Notes under the pieces: generated by a model
What the model was told of the DNA's origin: nothing
Seen by the model: only the letters and a program-made list of their open reading frames with translations
The model's database searches: none
Source of the DNA: Promethearchaeati archaeon SRVP18_Atabeyarchaeia-1
Lineage (GTDB): Archaea; Asgardarchaeota; Atabeyarchaeia; Atabeyarchaeales; Atabeyarchaeaceae
NCBI GenBank assembly: GCA_037308085.1
Contig: CP147779.1
Coordinates: 2,592,001 to 2,656,000 of the forward strand
Reading direction: 5' to 3'
DNA length: 64,000 bases
Translations under genes and position numbers: made by a program
Shown here: positions 36,766 to 46,215 of the stretch, one piece after another
Layout: every line of letters starts with the position of its first letter
Position numbering within the stretch: the stretch's first letter is position 1

Positions 36766-37650
36766 ATGGCTAACGAGTGTCTCGCCGATTTCGTAAAGAA
36801 ACGGCGCAGGATTCGTGAAAAGAAAAAGGGAATCGAGGAAGAGATAGCCAATCAAATAAAGGGCAGCAAAGAATTTGAAGAGCTCAAGACAGCCCTCGGG
36901 GAAGGAAGCATGGAGAAGGCGAAATCGGTCCTTGCCCACTTTGCGAACTATGCTCCAAGTGACTACGTCACTAGGATATCGGTTCAGGATGTAGTATCCA
37001 AAAAAACACTGTGCAAAGTCGGGCAGGCGGTGTCCTCCTTGAAACCGGCGATAATGGAGCTTGCCCTTCCGTGCGATGGATCCTGCATACTCAAGGTTGA
37101 GGCGTCGCCGGCCGCCGATGTCGATTCCTCCTTCAGCGTTGTCTGGCTTGGCTTGGAGGCATCTGGGAAATCCAGTCTGATTGAGAGGATAAGGCAAGAC
37201 GAGTTCATCTCTCCCGCGCCCACAATAGGACTTAACGTCGCATCCTCTGTCCTCGAAGGAATCAAGATAGTGAACTGTGACCTCTCAGGACACAAATCAT
37301 TCAGAAGCATTTGGGATTCCTTGATTGTTGGCAATCCTGACATACTGGTCTATGTAATAGATGGCTCAGAACATTCCCAGCTAGATGAAGCCCAGAAATT
37401 GCTGACAGGCTATGTTCTGAATACCGAACTCTTAAAGGGCATTCCAATGCTAGTTGTACTGAGTAAGCAGGACGTCGAGGGAGCAATTAAGGGAGAACAA
37501 ATACTGGCTAATCTGAACTTGCCTCAGTTGATATGTGATCGAGAATGGAAGCTAGTTCAAGCTAGTGCGAAGACAGGCGAAGGCATTTCAGATATGTTGG
37601 GATGGATGTTTGAACAAATCAGACTGAAAAAGGGTGTGGGCTCCGCGTGA
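36766..37650 (+). CDS. Arf/Sar-like small GTPase with about 120-aa N-terminal extension
   Basis: GLEASGKSS, PTIG, DLSGH, SKQD, SAKTGEG, R.W..vqa. Confidence 0.88.
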   Translation: MANECLADFVKKRRRIREKKKGIEEEIANQIKGSKEFEELKTALGEGSMEKAKSVLAHFANYAPSDYVTRISVQDVVSKKTLCKVGQAVSSLKPAIMELALPCDGSCILKVEASPAADVDSSFSVVWLGLEASGKSSLIERIRQDEFISPAPTIGLNVASSVLEGIKIVNCDLSGHKSFRSIWDSLIVGNPDILVYVIDGSEHSQLDEAQKLLTGYVLNTELLKGIPMLVVLSKQDVEGAIKGEQILANLNLPQLICDREWKLVQASAKTGEGISDMLGWMFEQIRLKKGVGSA

Positions 37651-38081
37651 GCGTTGGAACCTTTATCGCCAAAGCAGTGGATCCAAGCAAGAAGTTATTT
37701 ACAGTTCCTTTCAATACACTTGATGAGCCAATGGAAACAGTCAAAGAGATGGCTGCAAAGGTTTTTGAGTTTACGACGTTCATATTGTCGAAGAGGTATC
37801 CGGGTCAGGATAAACCCACTTCGAATGAGGTAACGCTAGACCTACCCAAGGGTTACTATGGATACGCGATCTCATTCAGCAGCAAGTCTGGTCAGAACCT
37901 CATTCTCGGCATAGCAGTGAAGTCAGTCTCAATGGCTCTTTTCGCCTACGCAGTTGATGCATCTAGGGCCAGGATTATCGCTGTCGTTGATAGGCTCAAG
38001 GATGATCTTCCAGTTCGAGTTGGGCTCATAAGAGATCTCCATCTTACGCTGGAAAGAGAATTCGAGATATTCAAGCTCTAG
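37647..38081 (+). CDS. Hypothetical protein, possible longin/uDENN-like fold
   Basis: GTGA overlap with the GTPase stop; alternating strand/helix pattern judged by eye. Confidence 0.55.
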   Translation: MSVGTFIAKAVDPSKKLFTVPFNTLDEPMETVKEMAAKVFEFTTFILSKRYPGQDKPTSNEVTLDLPKGYYGYAISFSSKSGQNLILGIAVKSVSMALFAYAVDASRARIIAVVDRLKDDLPVRVGLIRDLHLTLEREFEIFKL

Positions 38082-38159
38082 ATCTCACGTACGAGAGGAT
38101 GGATCTTGGATGCAGTAGCGCGTAGTTTTCACCATTTGAATCCTAGAGAGCCCATCTAG

Positions 38160-39587
38160 CTACCAGAGATCGGCCGGGAATGTCATCACCGGTTTCTTAG
38201 GGAAGTATCTCTCAAATAGCTCAGAAATAGAACCAGCCTCCGAACCACGCAGTGAGAGCCTGACCTTCCCTCCGTTGACTGATTCCGTGAAGCCCTTTGC
38301 TCCGAAGAGCAACGACGCGAAAGACTCGTGATCTGAAAACACGACCGTGCTCCGACCCTCTTCGCCATCAGTAACGGATGCGACTCCTCCATCAACCTTC
38401 ACGGTCGCGCTTTGCCCTCCCATTATCCTTATCGTAATTGAATCTCGCGGACTTCCAAGATCCTGAGGAATCGTCTTCTTCGTCTGCGGTACGCTGGAAA
38501 AGGCAGATTCCATTACACCCTTGAGGCTAATAGTCTGGAACATGAATACTCCAGCTCCCGTTAATGGCGTGGAGCCCTTCTTGAAGAGCTTGTCATTCAG
38601 AGTATTCTCGGACGAGTAGATCATAATCGCCAACGGCTTCTGGCTGCTAATGTCTGATAACATGCGCCTTGCAAGAGGCACACCTGCCTCGCTTTCTCGA
38701 CCAGGCAGTGTTAGAACCTCGCATATATGACCAAAACCGTCACTCTTCGCTATGCAGGACATAGCGTACCCGATGATCCCGTCATCCCCTCGTTCAGCCA
38801 CCAATATGTTCCCTCGGGTGGATGCCTCTTCATAGAAGGGACACTCATAGACGAACCTCCTCCTGAATTTCGATTTCCATGTCTCCCAGTTTCTTACGAC
38901 CAGGCCATTGTATCCTCCATAATTCTTCTCATATATCCCGAGAAGCGTTCGATCATCCTTCTCATCAGACTCCCTGACCTCAACTGGCCGCTCCGACCTT
39001 TCTTCCTTAGCCTCATTACTGCCCAATATTGGCGGTGTCTTCCAGTCTCTAAATAGAAGCAAGGCAGAGTAAACATCAGTGAAACCAAGTCTGACATATA
39101 TCCTGTGCGCAGGAATCCTAGCACCCGTGAACAAAGCCGAAGAATTAAACCCCTTCTGTCTGGCGATGTCCAGAGCATGCGTTAGAAGTCTCGTCGATAT
39201 CCCTGATCCTCTATGATCTTTCAGGGTCGCGACATTAGCTATTCCAGCGACTCTCAGATCGACCCCTGCACCGACCTTCAGCCTCCTGTCGACCAGCTGG
39301 ACATGGGACACTATTCTTCCGTCTTTCTCAGCCACGAAAACAAGCTCTTTGCGGTATCCATGGTCGTACTCAAAGGTCTCCAGCCACTTGCTGCCTGAGA
39401 GACCGAAAGACTTGAAGGATCCGAAGCACTCGTTAAGAGCCGTGGCTATCTCATCCTCATCTCCCTCGCAATATGTTCTGATAACTGCGTCACTCAATTG
39501 TGTCAGTCTCCCTCCCTGCAAAACATGCAAGTAATGTTTTTGCAGGTCACTTAGCCCGCACTCAAGATGGCCACAGGAGCGGCTCAA
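38160..39587 (-). CDS. Eis-like GNAT acetyltransferase with C-terminal SCP2-like domain
   Basis: GIANVATLKDHRGSG, IYVRLGF, second GNAT domain, SCP2-like tail; true start probably downstream. Confidence 0.82.
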   Translation of the reverse strand: MSRSCGHLECGLSDLQKHYLHVLQGGRLTQLSDAVIRTYCEGDEDEIATALNECFGSFKSFGLSGSKWLETFEYDHGYRKELVFVAEKDGRIVSHVQLVDRRLKVGAGVDLRVAGIANVATLKDHRGSGISTRLLTHALDIARQKGFNSSALFTGARIPAHRIYVRLGFTDVYSALLLFRDWKTPPILGSNEAKEERSERPVEVRESDEKDDRTLLGIYEKNYGGYNGLVVRNWETWKSKFRRRFVYECPFYEEASTRGNILVAERGDDGIIGYAMSCIAKSDGFGHICEVLTLPGRESEAGVPLARRMLSDISSQKPLAIMIYSSENTLNDKLFKKGSTPLTGAGVFMFQTISLKGVMESAFSSVPQTKKTIPQDLGSPRDSITIRIMGGQSATVKVDGGVASVTDGEEGRSTVVFSDHESFASLLFGAKGFTESVNGGKVRLSLRGSEAGSISELFERYFPKKPVMTFPADLW

Positions 39588-39627
39588 CAGTAAATAGGAT
39601 AAGACTTAGCTCTGCACGACTAGGTCC

Positions 39628-40620
39628 TCAGGTTACAACTTCTTTCACTGCTTGAATGATCTTCTTCTCGTCGGGTATGAAGCTACTTTCGAGTACGGGA
39701 CTGAATGGGACTGGCGTATCAGGTGCCGTCACCCTCTTTAGGGGGGCGTCGAGGTAGTCGAACGCCTCTTCGAGCACAATAGCCGCGATCTCGGCGCTGA
39801 TACCCGCCGTCTTGCAGTCTTCGCTCACTATGACGGCGCGTCCTGTCTTCTTAACCGACTCCCCTATTGTCTTTCTATCGAAGGGAACGAGTGTTCTTGG
39901 GTCAATGACTTCAGCGTTTATGCCCTGACCCGTCAGTTCCTTCGCAGCGTTAAGGGCCTTTGGAACCATGTAGAGCACTGGTATTATCGTTACATCTTTT
40001 CCCTCCTTCTTGACATCCGCCTTGCCGAAGGGAATCGTGTAGTCCTCATCAGGCACGGCGCCTTTGACCCCGTAGACCAGTTTATGCTCGGCGAAAAGCA
40101 CGGGGCTATTTCCTCTTATGGCAGTCTTCATGAGACCCTTCGCATCAGCTGGCGTCGATGCAACAACAACCTTGAGCCCAGCTGCATGCATGAACCATGA
40201 TAGATAAGTTGATGAGTGATGAGCCGCAACCTGTGTGCCGGCGCCGAACGGGGTCCTGATAACCACTGGAACACTGACCTGGCTGCCAAACATGTAGTGA
40301 ATCTTGGCAGCCTGGTTTACGATCTGATCAACAGCTAGCGCTATAAGGTCGCCAAACATGATTTCGACGACGGGTCTCATCCCAGTCATGGCCGCACCCA
40401 CTGCGGCACCTATGAATGTGTTTTCCGAGATTGGCGTATCCCGCACCCTTTCGTCTCCGAATTCATCAGCTAAGCCTTGAGTCACCTTGAACGCACCTTG
40501 CCAGTACTTGCCGATGTCTTCGCCCATGAGAAAAACGCGATTATCTCTCTTCATTTCCTCGCGGAGGGCTTCCCTGATTGCGTCTCGGACGGTTATCTCT
40601 CTCATTTCCTTGTTCACCAC
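39628..40620 (-). CDS. pdhB: Pyruvate/acetoin-type dehydrogenase E1 beta
   Basis: MGEDIG, DTPISE, EIMFGD, IDPRTLVP. Confidence 0.9.
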   Translation of the reverse strand: MVNKEMREITVRDAIREALREEMKRDNRVFLMGEDIGKYWQGAFKVTQGLADEFGDERVRDTPISENTFIGAAVGAAMTGMRPVVEIMFGDLIALAVDQIVNQAAKIHYMFGSQVSVPVVIRTPFGAGTQVAAHHSSTYLSWFMHAAGLKVVVASTPADAKGLMKTAIRGNSPVLFAEHKLVYGVKGAVPDEDYTIPFGKADVKKEGKDVTIIPVLYMVPKALNAAKELTGQGINAEVIDPRTLVPFDRKTIGESVKKTGRAVIVSEDCKTAGISAEIAAIVLEEAFDYLDAPLKRVTAPDTPVPFSPVLESSFIPDEKKIIQAVKEVVT

Positions 40621-40626
40621 GAATTC

Positions 40627-41685
40627 TCAGTCCGCGTAGACGTCTTCGGTAACTGTGCTTGGATCTGGTTGTGGGGCATTCTTGGCAAAGTTGGCCGCTT
40701 CCTCAACCAGCGACTTCACTTCGTCCTCAATCTTCTTCAATTCATCTTCTTTCGCAATTCTTTCTTCCAGTAGCCGGTCCCGCATTCTCTTCACAGCGTC
40801 TCTCTTGATCCACTCATCAACCTCTTCCTTCGGTCTGTAGGTTGCCGCGTCGAATCTAGAGTGACCTTTTAGCCTGTAGGTCTTGCATTCAAGCAGTGTC
40901 GGGCCTTCGCCTTTCCTTGCTCGTTTGACGGCTTCTATTGCGCATCTGTAGACATCAAGAACGTCATTGCCATCAGCAACTGCCCCGGGGATACCGTATG
41001 CGCTCGCCCGATCTGCAACGTTGCTGACGACCATCGCAATGTTCTGGCGGGTTCCCATTGCGTAGAGGTTGTTCTCGCATACGAAGATAACTGGAAGTTT
41101 CCAGACTGATGCCAGGTTGAGCGCTTCGTGGAATGTGCCTTGGTTTGATGCTCCCTCCCCGAAGAATACTGCAACCACTTGATCAGTTTTTCTGAGCCTT
41201 ATCGAGAGCCCGGCCCCCACGGCCAGTGGCAGACCCGAGCCAACTACTCCGGTGGCGCCAAGGATGCCTTTGCTGAAGTCAGTTATGTGCATCGATCCGC
41301 CTTTACCCTTGCAGTACCCCGTTGCTTTTCCCATGAGTTCAGCCATCATTCGGTCGAGCTTTGCACCCTTTGCTACACAATGCCCGTGTCCTCGATGGGT
41401 GCTCTGAATCAAGTCGTCCTCCCGGAGAGCGGAGCATACGCCCACGGCGGTTGCCTCTTCGCCTAGGTATAGGTGGATTGTTCCTGGAATCAGGTTCTGC
41501 CCAAAAAGCTCGTAGACCTTCTCCTCGAAGAGGCGTGCTTCAACCAGTTTTCTATACATGTGCAGAAATGCGTCTTTTGTCAGCTTCATGTCTGTTCCAT
41601 GAACCTTCACAGTCGCAGTACTCACAAGCATCCCCTCGATTGGCGTAAGTAGCTTTGCCGTTGAAGATTTGTTGTGAACCTTCAC
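40627..41685 (-). CDS. pdhA: Pyruvate/acetoin-type dehydrogenase E1 alpha
   Basis: STHRGHGH, GKGGSMH, TPP motif GEGA...ENN, YRLKGHS; true start probably 20-30 codons downstream. Confidence 0.9.
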   Translation of the reverse strand: MKVHNKSSTAKLLTPIEGMLVSTATVKVHGTDMKLTKDAFLHMYRKLVEARLFEEKVYELFGQNLIPGTIHLYLGEEATAVGVCSALREDDLIQSTHRGHGHCVAKGAKLDRMMAELMGKATGYCKGKGGSMHITDFSKGILGATGVVGSGLPLAVGAGLSIRLRKTDQVVAVFFGEGASNQGTFHEALNLASVWKLPVIFVCENNLYAMGTRQNIAMVVSNVADRASAYGIPGAVADGNDVLDVYRCAIEAVKRARKGEGPTLLECKTYRLKGHSRFDAATYRPKEEVDEWIKRDAVKRMRDRLLEERIAKEDELKKIEDEVKSLVEEAANFAKNAPQPDPSTVTEDVYAD

Positions 41686-41760
41686 CGATAAAGCGTTCAG
41701 ACTTAAAAGTCCTTTGTTTGAGTTGGCAGATAATTCAACGATGGTTTTCGCATAGCCTAG

Positions 41761-42915
41761 TCAGGGATACAATTCCAGTAGATGTTGTACCGTGTAGGTT
41801 GTGTAGAGTCCCATTGCTTTGAGCGGATTCTGAGTTTGCTTCAGGAAGTCCACTTGAATGTCCAAGTGCTTTCCCAGTTCTGCCTTCCATCTCTTCTCAT
41901 ATAGGGAAAGTGAGCTGGCCGATGTATCGTTGGATATCGCTGCTTCAGATGCTACCTCGCCTGCAGCGATTCCTGACCTCACTGCAAAGTAGATGCCTTC
42001 GCCAGTGACCGCTCCGACCATCCCTGCGCTATCACCCGCCAAGAGTACGCCGCTACCATAAGATGGCACAAAGGTTCCTGAGAATGGGACATAAGCTCCT
42101 CTCACCTTGTCAATGAGCTCGGCACCTTTCAGAAGCTTCAGCGCGATCGCATTACCCTTCACAAAATCGTTGAAGTATGTAAGTGGCTTCTTCTTCATGC
42201 TTGTCGTGGCGCTTCCCGTGCCGACTGTGAGAATTCCCCTCTTGGGGAAAATCCAGTGGTAGCCCATGAGATCACGTTCATAGAAGAGGTATAACGTATT
42301 CCCGATTCGCTCGTCTATTTCCCCGTCAGGAAGTCTGTAGTGAGCCTCCGTGCAATAGGCGCATCTGTCACGCCACTTCTGATGCTCGACTTCGAACCAC
42401 TTGTTCCAGAAGCCCGCGGTTCTGGCAACGGTGCTAGAGATCCCGTCGCATCCGATTACAACATTGCCCAATATAACGCCTTTATCTCCCGTCCTGACTC
42501 CACGGACAATCTTTTCACTGTCGAGTACGACGGAGTTGACGGAGGTTGATTGCATCAGAGTTGCCCCAGCTTCAACCGCCATGTTGGCAAGGTGGTGGTC
42601 AAACTTCGATCTCATGACCATACGCCACGCAATGTTCTCTGGCCATGGAACTGGCGCCAGTTTCCTTTCTCCAGCGACGACCTGGGCTTTTTCTATGGTT
42701 CTCTCAATGATGCTACGGGGTATGCCGAGCTTCTTGATCACCCAAGCGTTGACTCCGCCGCCGCAGAGTTTTTCTCTAGGAAGTCTCGCCATGTCAATAA
42801 GGACTGTTCTCGCGCCTCCTTTGGCAGCGCTCCACGCTGCCATGCTTCCTGCGGGTCCGGCGCCAACCACGACTACGTCAAACTTCCTCTCCGGCATGGA
42901 GACCAAGACCTTCAA
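41761..42915 (-). CDS. Geranylgeranyl reductase family flavoprotein
   Basis: GAGPAG, REKLCGGG, GYHWIFP, GDSAG..GEGI. Confidence 0.88.
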   Translation of the reverse strand: MKVLVSMPERKFDVVVVGAGPAGSMAAWSAAKGGARTVLIDMARLPREKLCGGGVNAWVIKKLGIPRSIIERTIEKAQVVAGERKLAPVPWPENIAWRMVMRSKFDHHLANMAVEAGATLMQSTSVNSVVLDSEKIVRGVRTGDKGVILGNVVIGCDGISSTVARTAGFWNKWFEVEHQKWRDRCAYCTEAHYRLPDGEIDERIGNTLYLFYERDLMGYHWIFPKRGILTVGTGSATTSMKKKPLTYFNDFVKGNAIALKLLKGAELIDKVRGAYVPFSGTFVPSYGSGVLLAGDSAGMVGAVTGEGIYFAVRSGIAAGEVASEAAISNDTSASSLSLYEKRWKAELGKHLDIQVDFLKQTQNPLKAMGLYTTYTVQHLLELYP

Positions 42916-43592
42916 TCGGTCGGGACACTTTTCAGGTTGAGTCTCAGTAGTAGTGAGAGGGCGGCGTTGAAAGCGCCTCTCTGGGCATCAGCAGGAGTGT
43001 TTCCCACCCCCACGATCAGTATATCTCCTTCCTGAAGCTTGAACTCTGAGAGGAGTCCTTTCAGAGTCTTCTTGTCAACAACTTTGTCTGACACGGATGG
43101 AACTCTGAGTGCGCCCTCCTCAAAAATCAGCGTTGTGGCGCCGATCGCTCCTGCAAGGAGCGCCCTGTCACGTTGTTCTATTCCACTTTCTACGTGGGTA
43201 GCTGCGTTTCTTAGCTGCATCCCGTAGGCGGACTCTGCTAGCGAGATTCCAGGTGCGAGGACTTCCTTGTGGTCTACTATCTGTTCTCTAATTCTGTGAT
43301 TCCATTGCCTTCCTTTATCAGTGAGAATATGACCTTTGTTCCCTACGCGCACAACCAGCTTATTCTGCTCGAGGCGCCTCAGCAAGGTCTTTGTTGGGCC
43401 TTCCTTGAGACCAAGATCTCTCATCAGAGTAGTTCGGCTCAGTGTTCCAGTTTCTTCCCCCATGAAAACCAGTGCAGCTAGGACATCGCATCTTTCAAAG
43501 GAAGGGAGAACTGTGAGCGAAGTCATGACGGTGTCCAGCAGATTGGCTAGCGGTGACGAAGGAGCGACTGAAGCGCCTGTCAATGTGTACAC
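42912..43592 (-). CDS. wHTH plus DUF4443-like regulator
   Basis: SRTTLMRDLGLKEGPTKTLLRRL; GIEQRDRALLAGAIGATTL. Confidence 0.75.
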   Translation of the reverse strand: MYTLTGASVAPSSPLANLLDTVMTSLTVLPSFERCDVLAALVFMGEETGTLSRTTLMRDLGLKEGPTKTLLRRLEQNKLVVRVGNKGHILTDKGRQWNHRIREQIVDHKEVLAPGISLAESAYGMQLRNAATHVESGIEQRDRALLAGAIGATTLIFEEGALRVPSVSDKVVDKKTLKGLLSEFKLQEGDILIVGVGNTPADAQRGAFNAALSLLLRLNLKSVPTD

Positions 43593-43760
43593 CTTGACGA
43601 GAGATAATCGATCCTCCTTATTTATTATGCTGCCTTGCAGGACTGGAGCAGTAACCCTCGTCTCATTGAGTTGACGCTTGAATTCGATACCTTTTCGCGT
43701 TCAGAAAGGTTTTTATATAGGGTTGGATAAGTTATCCGACGCTTACCAAATTGGCCGAGT

Positions 43761-44402
43761 ATGCCTAAAACAGCGAAGAGAATCTGGGCGACGAGCTGGT
43801 TGAAAAGAACATCTGTGGGCAACGGGAACAAGACAAATGGAGCAAAGCCTAGACCCGCGCTGCCTGAGAGCGTCAGAGTGCCTATGGCAGCGATGCTGTC
43901 AGCAGCAGCGATATCTATCTCTTATGCAAGGTTCTGGGCTTCGAATATTGAGTTCACCAGCCTTATGATCTTTTTGTCGGGTTTTGCATTGGGATCAGCA
44001 ACCGGTGCCGTTGTGGGTCTCACCACCGAATCGGTTTTCAGCGCTCTCAATCCATATGGGGCTGCACCGCTTCCGATCTTTCTGGCGCAGATTGGCTGCA
44101 TGACGTTCATCGGAGCTATGGGAGGGCTGTACTCCAAGCTGGCTGGTCAGAGTGATACGAAGTTGAATTCGTCGCTGAAAATGGCGACCGCGGGGCTCTA
44201 TCTGACCGTCCTCTTTGATCTCTTAACTAATCTGGGCTTTGCTATTTCATTCTACGGTGGTGACTATGAACTTGCCCTGATTCTTGGTTCGCCGTTCATG
44301 GTTATACACGTAGTCAGCAACACACTTGTCTTTGGAGTGGTTGGTCCGAAGCTTTCCTACTACATGATGAAGCTAATCGAAAAAGGAGTAGTGTATAGGT
44401 AG
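43761..44402 (+). CDS. ECF transporter S component
   Basis: NIEFTS..F.SG...G, FDLLTN, HVVSNT; about 6 TM helices. Confidence 0.8.
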   Translation: MPKTAKRIWATSWLKRTSVGNGNKTNGAKPRPALPESVRVPMAAMLSAAAISISYARFWASNIEFTSLMIFLSGFALGSATGAVVGLTTESVFSALNPYGAAPLPIFLAQIGCMTFIGAMGGLYSKLAGQSDTKLNSSLKMATAGLYLTVLFDLLTNLGFAISFYGGDYELALILGSPFMVIHVVSNTLVFGVVGPKLSYYMMKLIEKGVVYR

Positions 44403-44852
44403 ATGAACCAGAAAACCAGAGCTACCTTCTTCTTCCTCGTTATCTTAGTTCCTTTAGTCGGCGTAGGGGCTACATATTCATATTACTCATACCTGGTCGG
44501 TGGAGGGGGTGGCTCCAGCATATTCGGTACTCCTGGACCTTGCTTCAACGTGACTATCATCATTGATTATGGGAAAAACTATGGCCGTGGAGTCAACCAG
44601 ACTTATCCTGGTCTCAACTTTCCAGAAGGAGCAACGGTCTTTGACGCGCTGCTTAACGTTTCATCTGTCGGTTACCAGTATACTGGATCCCTAGTTCTTG
44701 TCACGGCGATAAATGGTGTTTCCAACAATGTGGGCGCCAATCTCTTCTGGCAGTACTATGTCGACGGAGCTTTCGGCCTAGTCGCTTCTAATTCATATCA
44801 CTTGGGAAATGACAGTGTGGTAGAGTGGCGTTATCAACCGTCGCAGTTCTAG
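44403..44852 (+). CDS. DUF4430 (transcobalamin C-terminal-like) membrane-anchored protein
   Basis: GATVFDAL, VTAINGV, FWQYYVDG, L...VEWRY. Confidence 0.82.
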   Translation: MNQKTRATFFFLVILVPLVGVGATYSYYSYLVGGGGGSSIFGTPGPCFNVTIIIDYGKNYGRGVNQTYPGLNFPEGATVFDALLNVSSVGYQYTGSLVLVTAINGVSNNVGANLFWQYYVDGAFGLVASNSYHLGNDSVVEWRYQPSQF

Positions 44853-44890
44853 GTAAGCAAGAAGTTGTTGCAGTGGAGGTGATAACTCCA

Positions 44891-45619
44891 ATGAAAACTG
44901 GTACAAAGAGAGCCATTTTCTCAGTCGGGCTGCTAATAGTGTTGATAGCTGCTTCGTTTGCCCTGGCGTCGATCGAAGCGACGAGGCAATCGCCTTCGCC
45001 GATCAAGCGGGGTCAGACCATGCAGTGGCTAGTGACCTCCTCGAGCAATGTAACAACCATGTGGTACTCCGAGACATTCTCTCCCCGCGGCAATTTCACC
45101 GCCCCTCTGGGGTCGACGATCAATTTGACGATCACAAGTACAAGCGGCGGTAGGTTCAGGGGCGACCTTTCAGTCGGGCACCTCGCCTTGAATAACACCT
45201 CGATGCCTGAGATATCGTTCAATCTGCTCTTGGGTTGGTATCCTTTCCAGCCTGGGCTTATCTGTCCAACAAACTGGAACGTGCAGAAGCAGAATGCGAC
45301 CGGCAACGGGCTTACAGTGAGAGAGTCGAAAATAGGTGGTCTTAATGCAATAACCTTCACGCACTTGCTGGGAAACAATGGCACGATTCTGGTCTATGAC
45401 GAGGCGACAGGATTGCTTCTGAGTGGATATGGCGCTTTTGGCAGGTTCCTGATCGAGGTTACCTTGGTAAATACAAGCGCGGATCTAGGCTTAGTTCAAA
45501 GCAATTACAGTCTGCTACTCTTCATCAGCTCAGTCATAGTGATCGTGGCGGTCGCGTCAGCAGCCATAGGCGTTGTCGTTTTGAGGGAAAGATCCAAGGA
45601 ACGGAAGCCCAGGAAGTAG
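44891..45619 (+). CDS. Secreted protein with C-terminal TM anchor
   Basis: Signal peptide, many N-x-S/T sequons, YDEATGLL, TM helix plus basic tail. Confidence 0.75.
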   Translation: MKTGTKRAIFSVGLLIVLIAASFALASIEATRQSPSPIKRGQTMQWLVTSSSNVTTMWYSETFSPRGNFTAPLGSTINLTITSTSGGRFRGDLSVGHLALNNTSMPEISFNLLLGWYPFQPGLICPTNWNVQKQNATGNGLTVRESKIGGLNAITFTHLLGNNGTILVYDEATGLLLSGYGAFGRFLIEVTLVNTSADLGLVQSNYSLLLFISSVIVIVAVASAAIGVVVLRERSKERKPRK

Positions 45620-45749
45620 AGCAAAGGATGCTCTCCTTCGACCTTTTTTTCCAGTCTCGTTTTTGAAAGCTTATAAGGTTCCAGTCCTCAAGTGTGCTCA
45701 CCAAAACAATCGCGTAGAATGCTTTGCTCGTGATGTATGACTAACTGTT

Positions 45750-46175
45750 GTGGAGTGTGAGTTCAGAAAAATGGAGGATGAAGCGCTTAAGGAACGTATA
45801 GCTTCGCTCTATGGTGAGGATGTCGTTGAGGATGTTGCCGAGAACATGATGAAACGAGTCGAGCAAGAGTACGGAGAGATACCTTTCATCGTCAACTTCC
45901 TGAGGCGAAAACCCGAGCTTCTGGTTTCGCGAGCCATCAAGAATATGCAGGCCAAGAAGTACATGAAGACCATCCCGCAGAAAGTAGCAGAGTTGATGTC
46001 AGTCTCTGCCGCAGTTGCCTTGGGTTGCGAATATTGCACAGACCTGCACATAAGGGCGGCACTGCGTTCCGGCGCCAGTGAAGATGAGGTCTTCAGCGCA
46101 ATAGTTATTGCAAGCCAGATCGCTGAGTCATCAAGGCTAGCGTTGGGTTTGAGAAAACTCGAAAGAAACAGATGA
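45750..46175 (+). CDS. CMD/AhpD family protein
   Basis: AELMSVSAAVALGCEYCTDLH. Confidence 0.85.
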   Translation: MECEFRKMEDEALKERIASLYGEDVVEDVAENMMKRVEQEYGEIPFIVNFLRRKPELLVSRAIKNMQAKKYMKTIPQKVAELMSVSAAVALGCEYCTDLHIRAALRSGASEDEVFSAIVIASQIAESSRLALGLRKLERNR

Positions 46176-46215
46176 AAACAGAGAATAGAATGCGCATACG
46201 TTTGACACTCGGCTA

